A stretch of 63,356 nucleotides of DNA, counting the filler, from Octopus bimaculoides (taxonomy: Eukaryota), in assembly GCF_001194135.2 (NCBI RefSeq). It is 4 parts of 4 records of this genome, joined end to end, with 100 filler letters (N's around TTAATTAATTAA, not from the genome) between each part and the next. Parts side by side here need not be neighbours in the genome. Positions count along the whole stretch, not along the records: positions 15,589 to 27,107 come from NC_068982.1; positions 27,208 to 44,534 come from NC_068986.1; 2 more parts are not named here. One strand, written 5' to 3'. Below the pieces are notes generated by a model. It saw nothing but the letters and a program-made list of their open reading frames with translations, searched no databases and was not told the origin of the DNA. A program made the translations under genes and the position numbers. Shown here piece by piece: positions 23,240 through 36,113 of this stretch (within the stretch, counting starts at the first letter, position 1; each line of letters begins with the position of its first letter).

Positions 23240-25330
23240 AATATATAGTATATGAGGGGTTTACTTCACTGATGATCTAAATGAATAGGTACGCTGCGTA
23301 AATCCTATAATTGATCATCTGTTCGGTTCCGATTCACAGCTAGGGCTGGAGTTGATGATCCGCAGTAGGCTTCCGTGTTAGCAGGTATATATTAGAAGAA
23401 AAAGGACTACATAGCCAAGGCAGGACGATTATCCCAGGTCATTTAGAGTATTTAATTACAGTAAGGTGAATTAGAAGTAATTAATGTCTTACAGCTATTT
23501 CTGACATATCTCAGGTGATGGGTCAGCATCTCCATGCACTGGATATTTCGTCATTAGAGTCAAGGTGTCTACGTAGGAAAGTTCCAGACAGAGAATTCAT
23601 AGAGTATAAAAGAATAAAACAATAGACAGAAGGTATAAAACAGTTGATAGAAGAATAAACACAGGAGAATAAAGTTCACAGCTAATCTTATTCTAGAGGG
23701 TATAGAGGGTGGTCAGTACTTCTACGAAGGTCATTAATTATAATTCCAGGTAAATCCAGGCAGTATTTTGAATGTTGCGTTCAGGTTGAAGGAATAAAGT
23801 GGTTAGCCTGTATGAAAATGGTGCACGTGGGTGTATAGTGTGAGAGAGACGGACACCATGATAGACAGATAAGAGTTGTGAATGAGTGATTAGAAAAGAG
23901 CAATGAAAGAAGAAAGAAAGGGACGGAGGAGGATGGGTGCTGGAAAGAATGAGGGGTTATGGTTTTGTTAAGGTAGAGGAAGTAGGCTTTTATGATTATT
24001 AATGAAACAGATGAATTCTAGGTTCAGCGTGGTCAGAAAGAATATTTAAGTTTAGTTCAGTGGTCAGTAAGGAGAGCTAAATTGCTAGAAATAGATGCCT
24101 AACTGAAGAGAATATATTTAAGATTAAAAATTAAAAGTCACCAATTAAAAAGATTATTGCGACTAGCGACCTTCTAAGATACTTATGCTGATACATTGAC
24201 AAATGAAAGAAAAAAAACGTATGTGTATTGTAATGAGCGTGGATGTATATAGGTAAGTATTATGTGTGTTGATTTTCCTGGAATTTGGACCTATGGAAGA
24301 ACCTAATGGTATGCTAGAACTTAGATTTACATGTAGAGAATGCTTCGTGCTGTCTATTGAGTAAGTGTGGTGAATCATTAATTAATATTTGGAGCGCCTC
24401 CTTCAAGCAGAGTCCACATGCAGAGCGCTGGTATTGGTACGGGTCACCATAATCTATTATGGCTGAACTTGTATTATGAAGTTAAATGCACAGCGGGCAC
24501 CGAAGTAGGAGGTTTTGTCTATGGCGATACTGCTTACAAATCAGAATTGTTTAAAAGAGGAAGAAAAAAGTCTCTTCATATTTGGTTGTGGTTCTTGTGA
24601 CAAGAAACTGGAACGATTGATGGCAGGTTAGGAGCAGAGTAAGTTTGAGGTCTGTGCGGTACGTGAAAGTATGGTTAGTAAACCGGAAGTGGTTTTAGGC
24701 GTATGCTGTTATCATGTGTAAACAAATAAACACCTAGGTGACGTCGGATATTGAGGATTAGTGTAAAGATGTGAATGGGTATATCTACATGAATAGTTCT
24801 AGTAAACCGTTCAGCTGTTTGTGTTGGGTGTGCAGTGAAGTACTTGCACTGCCAGGGATAAATGATGCTATTACGATTTTTCTATTGACGTGAAATGCCG
24901 TATACCTAGGGAAGACGAAATCGTGTATACTATGTGATAGTGTATTGGACATTTGAAATCAAGCAGCAGTCGGAGAATTAATAGATGCTGAAACATACTA
25001 AGTCTAGTAGAGGTCACGTTTAGAGGTAACAAAGAGATCAAGGTTTGCAAGAAATCTCTGTCGGTTTTAAATACGAGTAGATGTAACAATCTGAAACAAT
25101 TTGGAGTAAAATGTTCAAATTAGCAAATCTTTCGGTTTCTGTGCTGGCAAAACTAGAGCGAAATAATTTTAGGTGTCATGAGTAGATTTACGCGGTGACT
25201 ATGGCAATATCGTTGACTTTGGTGCTGTGAGAAGTGAGATGTATCTTCTCGAGGAAAGATAAAATATGTTCAAAAGCTTCTGAGGCTTTGAGTGACTCGG
25301 TGAGTGTTATAAATTTCTGTAATTCCGTTT
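23240..25330 (-). mobile_element. Decayed Penelope-like element (Naiad-type GIY-YIG end plus terminal repeat with HHR)
   Basis: Minus-strand peptide near 24330-24490: IIDYGDPYQYQRSACGLCLKEALQILINDSPHLLNRQHEAFSTCKSK (cf. PY....RC.LCL.EK..I.....LLN.R.E..S.C). Also TYSAPNLPSIV, and an HHR at 23485-23562. Confidence 0.65.
23485..23562 (-). ncRNA. Decayed minimal type I hammerhead ribozyme
   Basis: Minus strand: tgact CTAATGA cgaaatatc [loop] gatatgtca GAAAT AGCT GTA agaca. Stem II is 7/9, stem I is 4/5 and loop 3 is AGCT as at 8816. G5 is replaced by A. Confidence 0.65.
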
Positions 25331-26214
25331 TCTCTTTTGTTTGAAGTAAAGGAAGGTTGACTAATAAATGTTCATTGTGTCTATTTATTTGTACAGCATA
25401 TGCATATCCAAATCTTCATGACCAAAATTTTTATTATATTTGCAAAAAAAAAACATCTGATTACTTTGAGGTAACATTTTTCAGGAAATGTTACTTCGTA
25501 TCACTTTCTGGACTTATTTTCTTTGTTTCGTATTCTTTCTCTTCGTGTTGCCACTACTATGTTTTTGGCTACCGCCATTGGACAATTTTAATACGTTTCG
25601 TTTGTAGTTTTTCTGCAATATTTGTTTTCTGACTGCGTTGTACAAAACATCCATTTCTATGATGCATATTTTATTGCTTTATCTTCAATGTTGATATTTT
25701 TATGAGCAACTTTTAAGTTTATATATCTGAGATACGTTTATTGTTCTTTAGAAATATTTGCAGATAAAATGATATACCTGTGTATTTGAAAGAATCAAAA
25801 TTTGCACTCGGTCTTCCACACAACTCTATTATTTATGGCGCTCGTATTATTTTGTTTATTATTCAATGGTTTATCATAATTTTCTTAATTGTAGACATAA
25901 ATAACATACATATAAGCCAAACAATGGAATCGATAGAGTTGAGTGTTTCCGCCCATTGAAAAATTAAAATAACAGTGGTCTTAGTACATATTCATCTCGT
26001 ACAAGTATTTACTGCTCTATCTGGTGATATACCAAACAGAGCAGTTAATAATGTGTGCAGTTTTCCTCTTTTAATGTTTATATGCTTCTTTTCGTGGAAT
26101 TCGTATTCTTACTTTTCGTCTTATCTTACTGCGTAGAATAGAAGCCACGAGAAAATTAGATTCGTAAAATGAGAAACTGAAAAAAGACAGAAATATCGTA
26201 CGGAAAGGGAGAAG

Positions 26215-26560
26215 AAAATCGTTTTATCAACTCTGTTACCTTAGGATATTGAAAGTCTTTTTCTTATATTGTTTATTTTTCCTATACTATCATCTACTAT
26301 CATATCAACTTCTCTTATTTGAAAACGATGGTCAATATTTATTGGAATATCCCACAAAATTCTCTAATTAATATTCTTCATCACAGACTCTGGCTCATAT
26401 TCATACCACTTTTCAGAGTATCCATAGCCAAAACTTTGGGTATGACAGAGTTCATCCAGCTTTTCCTTCAGTTTTAAGAATTCGAAACAGATCACCATTT
26501 TTTCAATACCTTCCTAATTCCAAAATATTTGTTCACAGCGAATACAAATAAAACAATACT
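26215..26560 (-). mobile_element. Remnant of a restriction-like-endonuclease (R4/Dong/NeSL-type) non-LTR element
   Basis: Minus frame: GYGYSEKWYEYEPESVMKNIN*RILWDIPINIDHRFQIREVDMIVDD (cf. KWYEH.PE.V.EN...KILWD..I.TD..I..RRPDIVV.D). Confidence 0.6.
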
Positions 26561-27023
26561 ATAAATATATATTCAAACTTAGAATACATAATCCCCAAGT
26601 TAAGGTAAATTTCTTGTCTTGTTAAAGAGAAAAAAATTTTTTAAAGGTATGTTCGTAACAATATTGATGCGACTCTTTCTATTTCATATGTTGTTATGAA
26701 AGTGAATCATCTGTTATTCATTCTTGCAGCATTGCTCTCTATATTATTTTAATATTCGTTTCAGTTTTCGTGTAGTTAAACCGCAATGATTATTTTTCCC
26801 CTTAACGATTATATGTATCCCTTATGTAATGTTTATAAGGGAATGGTCTTGCGTTTCTCAGCTTAGAGTTCTAATGTATATGATAGAAATACTTGTCATA
26901 GAATTTTTGCAGAATATGTGCAATACAGATAAATTTATATGTTTACGTTATTGCATGCATATTCAGGTTTTATCGGGAGGGAAAATATATGATGTAGATG
27001 AAAAGTGTCCCGTAAATTTAATA

Positions 27024-27107
<84 letters not shown>

Positions 27108-27297
27108 NNNNNNNNNNNNNNNNNNNNNNNNNNNNNNNNNNNNNNNNNNNNTTAATTAATTAANNNNNNNNNNNNNNNNNNNNNNNNNNNNNNNNNNNNN
27201 NNNNNNNATATATATAGACAGATAGATAGATAGATACACACACATATATCTATATATGTATATGTGCATGTGTGGATATATATGTATATATATATAT

Positions 27298-27333
<36 letters not shown>

Positions 27334-27344
27334 CATATATTACA

Positions 27345-27485
27345 AGATTCTTATTATTTCTGTTTATGAAGTTCACTCAAAAGTCATTGGTCTGCTTGGG
27401 GTTATAGCAGAAGACACTGGCCTGCCCAAAGTGCTGCTCAGTGAGATGGCTGTGCTGTGAAGTTCTTAACCACACAGGTATGCCT
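27345..27485 (-). mobile_element. SINE family B fragment, decayed
   Basis: ttcactcaaaagtcattggtctgcttggggttatagcagaagacactggcctgcccaaagtgc...ttcttaaccacacag. Confidence 0.6.
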
Positions 27486-28690
27486 ACAACTTGCACATAG
27501 ACATAGTCAGATCTGTAGCTTGCAACAAGTTAGCCTCATATAATTGTATGTGTGTGTGTGTGTGTGTGTGTGCATGTATGAATTTATTGTTGTCTGATCC
27601 CAGGCCAGAGGAGTCCAACCGTGACTATCTCATCTCTGTTTAATAAGGTAGGGTGTGATTTGAAAGGAGATCTAACAGTTATTTCTTGGAAGTCAACCAA
27701 CCATGTAGAGGCATCATCATTGACTTGTATGCGTGTGTGTGTCAGTGTGTCTGTGTGCGTGTATGAATGTATATATAGCTGATGTGGATACTGCAAAATA
27801 TTAATTTCAGTACAGTGTAAGTTGATCAATGGAAGTATTGTGCAGTANNNNNNNNNNNNNNNNNNNNNNNNNNNNNNNNNNNNNNNNNNNNNNNNNNNNN
27901 NNNNNNNNNNNNNNNNNNNNNNNNNNNNNNNNNNNNNNNNNNNNNNNNNNNNNNNNNNNNNNNNNNNNNNNNNNNNNNNNNNNNNNNNNNNNNNNNNNNN
28001 NNNNNNNNNNNNNNNNNNNNNNNNNNNNNNNNNNNNNNNNNNNNNNNNNNNNNNNNNNNNNNNNNNNNNNNNNNNNNNNNNNNNNNNNNNNNNNNNNNNN
28101 NNNNNNNNNNNNNNNNNNNNNNNNNNNNNNNNNNNNNNNNNNNNNNNNNNNNNNNNNNNNNNNNNNNNNNNNNNNNNNNNNNNNNNNNNNNNNNNNNNNN
28201 NNNNNNNNNNNNNNNNNNNNNNNNNNNNNNNNNNNNNNNNNNNNNNNNNNNNNNNNNNNNNNNNNNNNNNNNNNNNNNNNNNNNNNNNNNNNNNNNNNNN
28301 NNNNNNNNNNNNNNNNNNNNNNNNNNNNNNNNNNNNNNNNNNNNNNNNNNNNNNNNNNNNNNNNNNNNNNNNNNNNNNNNNNNNNNNNNNNNNNNNNNNN
28401 NNNNNNNNNNNNNNNNNNNNNNNNNNNNNNNNNNNNNNNNNNNNNNNNNNNNNNNNNNNNNNNNNNNNNNNNNNNNNNNNNNNNNNNNNNNNNNNNNNNN
28501 NNNNNNNNNNNNNNNNNNNNNNNNNNNNNNNNNNNNNNNNNNNNNNNNNNNNNNNNNNNNNNNNNNNNNNNNNNNNNNNNNNNNNNNNNNNNNNNNNNNN
28601 NNNNNNNNNNNNNNNNNNNNNNNNNNNNNNNNNNNNNNNNNNNNTTTGCTAGATACATTTTGTGTTCTATTTTCCCTGTTTGCACCAATG

Positions 28691-29060
28691 ACACAGAATA
28701 GAAATGATATCAGGACTAAAGGAGTTGAATAAGAGTTTTACTAGTCCAACAGCTGTTTCTGGGGGCTTGATGGTCCAAAGTAATGATTGCAAATTGATTT
28801 CATCATCGGATAATACCAGCATCCCTCTTCAGTGAAGAAGTTTGACATTTGAGGTGTTGGCTAAAGATGGACTATCTTTAATCTCTTTTCTGTCAACACA
28901 CCAAATGTAAAACCTCTTCTCGGAAGACGGAAGCTGGTATTATCCGATAATGGAATCAATTTACAATCATTATTTTGGACCACCAAGCCTCTAGAAACAG
29001 CTGTTGGACTAGTAAAACTCTTATTCAACTCCTTTAATTCCTGAGATTTCTATTCTTTGT
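28691..29060. repeat. 370-bp fold-back (arms ~180 bp, 5-nt loop ggact at 28869-28873) containing two opposed HHR-like motifs
   Basis: The left arm and the reverse complement of the right arm share an identical 44-nt block, taaaggagttgaataagagttttactagtccaacagctgtttct, and align throughout. Each arm reads CCGAT(G/A)A...GAAAC AGCT GTT outward. Confidence 0.9.
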
Positions 29061-29248
29061 AAGTCAGACCTTTTTATAGGTAAACACATCTACATTTTTT
29101 GTTTTAAATGTACTTAATATTTTTTGTATATCAACTGGCTTAACTTGCTTATCCTTACATTTACTCCTCTACCTGCTCAAGTTTAAACTTCTTGAGCACT
29201 ATGAAGTGTATTATATATGCAGAATATCTGTCCCTCATATACATATAC

Positions 29249-29295
<47 letters not shown>

Positions 29296-30731
29296 NNNNN
29301 NNNNNNNNNNNNNNNNNNNNNNNNNNNNNNNNNNNNNNNNNNNNNNNNNNNNNNNNNNNNNNNNNNNNNNNNNNNNNNNNNNNNNNNNNNNNNNNNNNNN
29401 NNNNNNNNNNNNNNNNNNNNNNNNNNNNNNNNNNNNNNNNNNNNNNNNNNNNNNNNNNNNNNNNNNNNNNNNNNNNNNNNNNNNNNNNNNNNNNNNNNNN
29501 NNNNNNNNNNNNNNNNNNNNNNNNNNNNNNNNNNNNNNNNNNNNNNNNNNNNNNNNNNNNNNNNNNNNNNNNNNNNNNNNNNNNNNNNNNNNNNNNNNNN
29601 NNNNNNNNNNNNNNNNNNNNNNNNNNNNNNNNNNNNNNNNNNNNNNNNNNNNNNNNNNNNNNNNNNNNNNNNNNNNNNNNNNNNNNNNNNNNNNNNNNNN
29701 NNNNNNNNNNNNNNNNNNNNNNNNNNNNNNNNNNNNNNNNNNNNNNNNNNNNNNNNNNNNNNNNNNNNNNNNNNNNNNNNNNNNNNNNNNNNNNNNNNNN
29801 NNNNNNNNNNNNNNNNNNNNNNNNNNNNNNNNNNNNNNNNNNNNNNNNNNNNNNNNNNNNNNNNNNNNNNNNNNNNNNNNNNNNNNNNNNNNNNNNNNNN
29901 NNNNNNNNNNNNNNNNNNNNNNNNNNNNNNNNNNNNNNNNNNNNNNNNNNNNNNNNNNNNNNNNNNNNNNNNNNNNNNNNNNNNNNNNNNNNNNNNNNNN
30001 NNNNNNNNNNNNNNNNNNNNNNNNNNNNNNNNNNNNNNNNNNNNNNNNNNNNNNNNNNNNNNNNNNNNNNNNNNNNNNNNNNNNNNNNNNNNNNNNNNNN
30101 NNNNNNNNNNNNNNNNNNNNNNNNNNNNNNNNNNNNNNNNNNNNNNNNNNNNNNNNNNNNNNNNNNNNNNNNNNNNNNNNNNNNNNNNNNNNNCATGATA
30201 TGAGATCAAACAATTAATCATTCATAAAGTAGTATAGCTTTCTCAGCTGAAACAAAAATTCATATTTATCTATATAACACACTTAATGAATGTACATTAT
30301 CAAAAAGCCACAAGCTGCAATTATTAGTCTGGGAAAAATCCCTTTACAGATGCCCCAGAAGTGATTTCGTTTCACCTAGTTATGAAGTATATATAATGTT
30401 TTTTAACACAATGTGTCCACAAAGGTATTTTTCCTGGATGAAAACTGCAGCTTCTGGCATTTCAATGATACCTATGCATTAAACATATAATGTAGATAAT
30501 GGTTTTACTCTAGAGAGGCTTCTATTGCATAATTCAAAAAGATTTATGTTTACATTTCATACTCTAATTCATTATGAACAGGTATTGAGTTCTTTTTAAA
30601 AGCCTGTGTTTACTTGTTCTTGTGGCAAAACACTTTATAGATAGACACAAGTACACATGCACACACACATACATACATCATGCATGCATACACATACACA
30701 CATATGTATGAGTGCATGTGTGTATGTGTAT

Positions 30732-30785
<54 letters not shown>

Positions 30786-31643
30786 ATTGCTAATGTATGT
30801 AAGGTATAGATTTATATACATAGTGTTACAAAGCTTGATGTCATGATATATACACAGATCAACTGTACTCAGTATATATTGATAGAATATAGAATATACA
30901 TCTATGTAAGAAATGTTATACATTTTAAGTGAGTGTTTTATATATTCCATTATAATAAACTATTAATTTTTGATAGCTAGCAGTATACAGTTACATATAC
31001 TATGTCACACAATCTAACAGACAGCTTGGCACTGAGAAATGGAAGTAAGGGAATAAGCTCAATGTAGTATGAGTTAGAGCAAAGACCAAGAATTTCAGCA
31101 GAGCCCTTTTATCTTCTATTCTGAATATAATATCACAAATACTGGCTTATTGTTTTGAAGATGAAAAATGAGGTAACTGCAATATTGCATATTTGTGCAG
31201 TGGAATGTAATGCATACACTATATATATCTAGGCACATACACACATACATGAATACACACACACCTATCATCATTTTACATCTACTTTCCATGCTGCCAT
31301 GAGTTGGATGGCTCTTTACAATTGGAATTAGCATGTATTAGGTGGGTATTGCTCACCTTGACATGATGGGAAATCTCACTGTCTTGTTGCTTTTGGCCAG
31401 GTTTCTATGTCTGGATACCTTTCCTAACACCAACTACTTATACTCATACACACACACAGACATATATATAAATATATATANNNNNNNNNNNNNNNNNNNN
31501 NNNNNNNNNNNNNNNNNNNNNNNNNNNNNNNNNNNNNNNNNNNNNNNNNNNNNNNNNNNNNNNNNNNNNNNNNNNNNNNNNNNNNNNNNNNNNNNNNNNN
31601 NNNNNNNNNNNNNNNNNATATATATATACATATATATATATAT

Positions 31644-31684
<41 letters not shown>

Positions 31685-32556
31685 CACACACACACATACA
31701 CGTGTGTGTGTGTGTGTACGTTTATGAAAGAATGAATTATTGCTGTTAATCATTTGGTTTTGCAGTATGGACGTGCCCTGTACAGAAGCCGTTTTTAAAT
31801 ATAAAAGACTTTCTCCAAACTACCAGACAATACTAAATAAGTTTAGTGTTTAGAAACATAGAAATGGCAAATGGCAAAAAGAAATGATCCAAAAAATAGT
31901 TTAACTATTGAATTTAATTACAATTCTTCATCATGTTAATTAAAATGATGAAGAAAATTTGCTTCATTTCAACACTCTACTAGTTTTTAAAACTGAACGA
32001 GATTATTTGAAAATATATAAATTAACCGAGCAGCAGGTGATGAAATTGACAGCATGCTACAGGTTAAAGGGTCATAGTTCATAGTCTAAAGTTCATATCT
32101 TGTCATCAGCACTACACTGGATCTATGACATCTCATTGGTTCAATTGAGTCGGATTGACAGAATTCACCAATGTAAACAGTGGAATCACTGTCTACCTGA
32201 TGTCTGTTTTGTTATCATTTCAGCTTTGTACTTGAATTCTTTAAAGTGCAGCTGAATATCAGATAGATATAGATAGTAGCTTTATAGATGGGATCTATTG
32301 AATGCCTTAAAGGGTTACAACCGACTTTTGATCCCTGGTTGTAGTTTTTCACTTCAGCTTGATTGTTAACGATCTGAGGAGGGCAGAAAAAGTGCAGATT
32401 CTATCACTAACTTAATATACCTTCCCCAATATACTACCTGGTCATTTTGTATAAATGAAAAAAAAAAAAAAAGGAGTGGAAAATCACTCTAATGTATCCC
32501 TCTTAGGGATACCATTAAGTCATAGCAAGGTGCATCTGTAACATGATAAAGTAACA

Positions 32557-32587
<31 letters not shown>

Positions 32588-32774
32588 GACTCCTACACAC
32601 ACATGTATGCAAACACAAAAACACATATAATATATAAAGACTATGAAATACTGTAAAGGTGAGTATTAAATTTAAATGCGTGGTTTAAATAAAGAAGAGA
32701 GTATAAATATTTGTTGACATAAAATAGTTGAAACAGTAATGAAAACAAAAAAAAGATACATGGAATTTTAGAGA

Positions 32775-33000
32775 GTGAAGAGGGGTGGAACAGGACACTG
32801 TGTCTTTCGGTGTGGAGGACTGTGTAGAATAGAACAATATCCTTTACTGTGAAGGGCTGTATGGGAGAAGACAATATCGCTTAGTGCGAAAAGTTATTTG
32901 GAATAGGACACACAGCCCTTTCTCATGAAGGGCTGTATACAATAGGATGTTGTCCTTCACCATGAAGGATTATGTGGATTGATAAAGATACTGAACTATC
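32775..33000. repeat. Degenerate ~40-bp tandem repeat
   Basis: Recurrent gaatagga/gaacaatatcc...tgaagggctgta motifs. Confidence 0.5.
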
Positions 33001-33566
33001 AAAGTAAATAGTTTGGTTGTTCAGTATCATCAATATGACTTATTAACTGTATTAATTGATTTTATAAAAAACATACTCTCATATGAGTTTCAGTTATGTG
33101 AAGATGAAAAAGAGGTTTTTTATATAATTCATTGAATTCAGATTTTTTGCCCTTAAAAGAAAAAAAAAAAGAAATATTTAGTATGTAGCTTCTTACTTAA
33201 ATGAGATACAGGTTTCTCTCAGTCAGTCTAGGTGTTAAATCCCAAGGAGATACTGGCTGCACAAACTGTGAGAAAAAAGACAATTTGTTAATCAGAAAAG
33301 GAACAATACTCAGAGACCTTCTAATCCTCTCAGTTTGTCGATACATTTTCATATATATATGCTTTTCTGCAGAGCTTTAGGGTTAGATAAAAATTACAAA
33401 GGGCTTCACACAATATACAAATTAATAAATTAATTATATATAAACGTTAATTTGAGACAGATAATTTATACTATCCTTTTACATTGAAAATCTTAGCAGT
33501 GGTTCCATACACACACACACATATGTATGTGTGTATATATATATGTGTATATATATATATATATAA

Positions 33567-33600
<34 letters not shown>

Positions 33601-33677
33601 GTCTATATACACACAAATGCACACACACATACATATATATATAAAGTATACTGTTCCATGAAGGTGATATAACAGAG

Positions 33678-33724
<47 letters not shown>

Positions 33725-33769
33725 ATATATATAAACTGTAAATATTTATATATACAATATCTATTTCTA

Positions 33770-33811
<42 letters not shown>

Positions 33812-33812
33812 G

Positions 33813-34198
33813 TCTGTAAATAATAATAGTATTTTATAAGCTTAAAGCTTATAAGTGATCGCCACGCAATGACTAAAGAAAATAGTCTAAGAATGGGGCA
33901 TATAAGCCCTCGATGGAAAAAAAGTAGGTTTTCTCATAAATGTGGGACTCGAACCCACACCTCTTTGTCTTCGTGACACGAATGCTACCATTACACTAGC
34001 ACATAATCTGCTTCATTCCATCAGATTTAATTAGTTTGTAGTGTTGTTTTCGTAAACAAACTTTCATGTGCTTTTACTGCAATGGTTTTTTTTTTTTCCT
34101 TTGTTAAGCAGCATCGATCTTTACAATTCTGTAAATAATAATAGTATTTTATAAGCTTAAAGCTTATATGCAATCACCGTTCAATGACTAAAGTAAAA
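33813..34198 (-). mobile_element. ~315-bp unit with 70-bp terminal direct repeats enclosing a tRNA-like sequence (retrozyme-like), inserted in (TA)n
   Basis: DR1 33813-33882 and DR2 34128-34198: tctgtaaataataatagtattttataagcttaaagcttata..g..atc.cc..caatgactaaag.aaa. Confidence 0.7.
33934..34005 (-). tRNA. tRNA-like pseudogene (anticodon arm decayed, possibly Arg-ACG-like)
   Basis: Box A TAGTGTAATGG, D stem GTGT/GCAT, perfect T arm GTGGG-TTCGAGT-CCCAC (box B GGTTCGAGTCC) and standard spacing. The acceptor and anticodon stems are imperfect. Confidence 0.55.
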
Positions 34199-34202
34199 CG
34201 AT

Positions 34203-34278
<76 letters not shown>

Positions 34279-34597
34279 GTATTGTAAATGATAAAAGTTT
34301 TCAATTTAGATATTAAAGCATAAGGCTTGTATTAACAGTTTTATGATTTAGATCCTCATTGATGTCAATGAGGGATAAGTCGTTTGTGCTCACATTCTTA
34401 AGCAATTTTTTTACAACAATGATCACCATCAACTCTACCACCAACACCAGCTCTAATACCAACAATACCCCCACCACCACCTCCACTAAAGTAAAACAAG
34501 GTTCCTTGACAGAAGAGTCTAACATTAACAACTGAACAAAACCACATTAGATAATAATGAATGAGTGCATAGATAATATGTATATACATTCTTACAA

Positions 34598-34650
<53 letters not shown>

Positions 34651-35517
34651 NNNNNNNNNNNNNNNNNNNNNNNNNNNNNNNNNNNNNNNNNNNNNNNNNN
34701 NNNNNNNNNNNNNNNNNNNNNNNNNNNNNNNNNNNNNNNNNNNNNNNNNNNNNNNNNNNNNNNNNNNNNNNNNNNNNNNNNNNNNNNNNNNNNNNNNNNN
34801 NNNNNNNNNNNNNNNNNNNNNNNNNNNNNNNNNNNNNNNNNNNNNNNNNNNNNNNNNNNNNNNNNNNNNNNNNNNNNNNNNNNNNNNNNNNNNNNNNNNN
34901 NNNNNNNNNNNNNNNNNNNNNNNNNNNNNNNNNNNNNNNNNATATATATATATGTATGTATGTATATTTATATATATAATGCACAAAATGGTATCAAAGA
35001 AGAGATATTCTGAAAGACAGTAGCAGGGACTAAACTAGCAAGCGTTCAGAACTGAATTAAACTTATATAACAGAAACACTGGTTACCACAACAGCCTTCA
35101 ATTGGGTTGCTAATGGTAGTCAATAATTCTCACAGTATACAACTAATTGCTCTCCATTGAGGTCTAATTAAATATTATGTCATATGAACAACAGCATTGT
35201 TAGTTACATATTTCCAACAGACCAAATCATAGGTTCACTTAATTTCCATTATTATTGGGTGTAACAAGGGAATGAGTATTTATGCAATTTGAGCAGAACA
35301 AATACTACAAGTGTTTTGTTTCACTACACCTGTTTAGTGGAATACTGATATACATTAGTGAAAGGTATACATACAGACACACAGAAATATACATATATAC
35401 ACACACACACACACACAGATAGATGTATATATTTATATATGTAGAATTGTGTTTAAAAATATCCACTTTTCATATAATAGCTAATTAATATATAAGTGTG
35501 TGTATATATATATATAC

Positions 35518-35552
<35 letters not shown>

Positions 35553-35562
35553 NNNNNNNNNN

Positions 35563-35604
<42 letters not shown>

Positions 35605-35847
35605 ATGTGTGTTTATTTGTTTTTACATCTGTTTTCCCACGCTAACAAGGGTTAGGCGAATATATTATCGAAGCATTGTTTAATAGCCAGATACTCACCC
35701 TGTAGCTAGTCCTTTCTCATTTATTAAGTGTGGGATATCTTATTCCACATGTCTTTAAAGACACAGAGCCAACAGACAATTTGTTGATGAGAAAGATGTG
35801 AACATTGGTACTGGTTTTGGCTCAGCACAAGTGTAAGCAAATACACT

Positions 35848-35879
<32 letters not shown>

Positions 35880-35881
<2 letters not shown>

Positions 35882-36030
35882 AACCCATGATAGGTTCCTT
35901 TCAAGTCCTATCTATCAAATCCACTCACAGTGCTTTGGTTGGCCTGGAGCATCAGCAAACAGCATCCATGAAGTGGAATCAAACTCTTAATCATGTGGTC
36001 GCAAACTGAACTTCTTAATCTCACAGTGAT
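35880..36030 (-). mobile_element. SINE family B fragment, decayed
   Basis: tctatcaaatccactcacagtgctttggttggcctggagc...catgtggtcgcaaactgaacttcttaatctcacag. Confidence 0.65.
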
Positions 36031-36031
36031 G

Positions 36032-36113
<82 letters not shown>

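Noticed and set aside
25357-26330. GPCR-like hydrophobic peptides (…YYICKKK…, …EREKKIVLSTLL…)
   Set aside because: Multiple stops and an AT-rich bias toward F/I/L. The most suggestive part overlaps the minus-strand RLE remnant, and there is no clear DRY or NPxxY motif.
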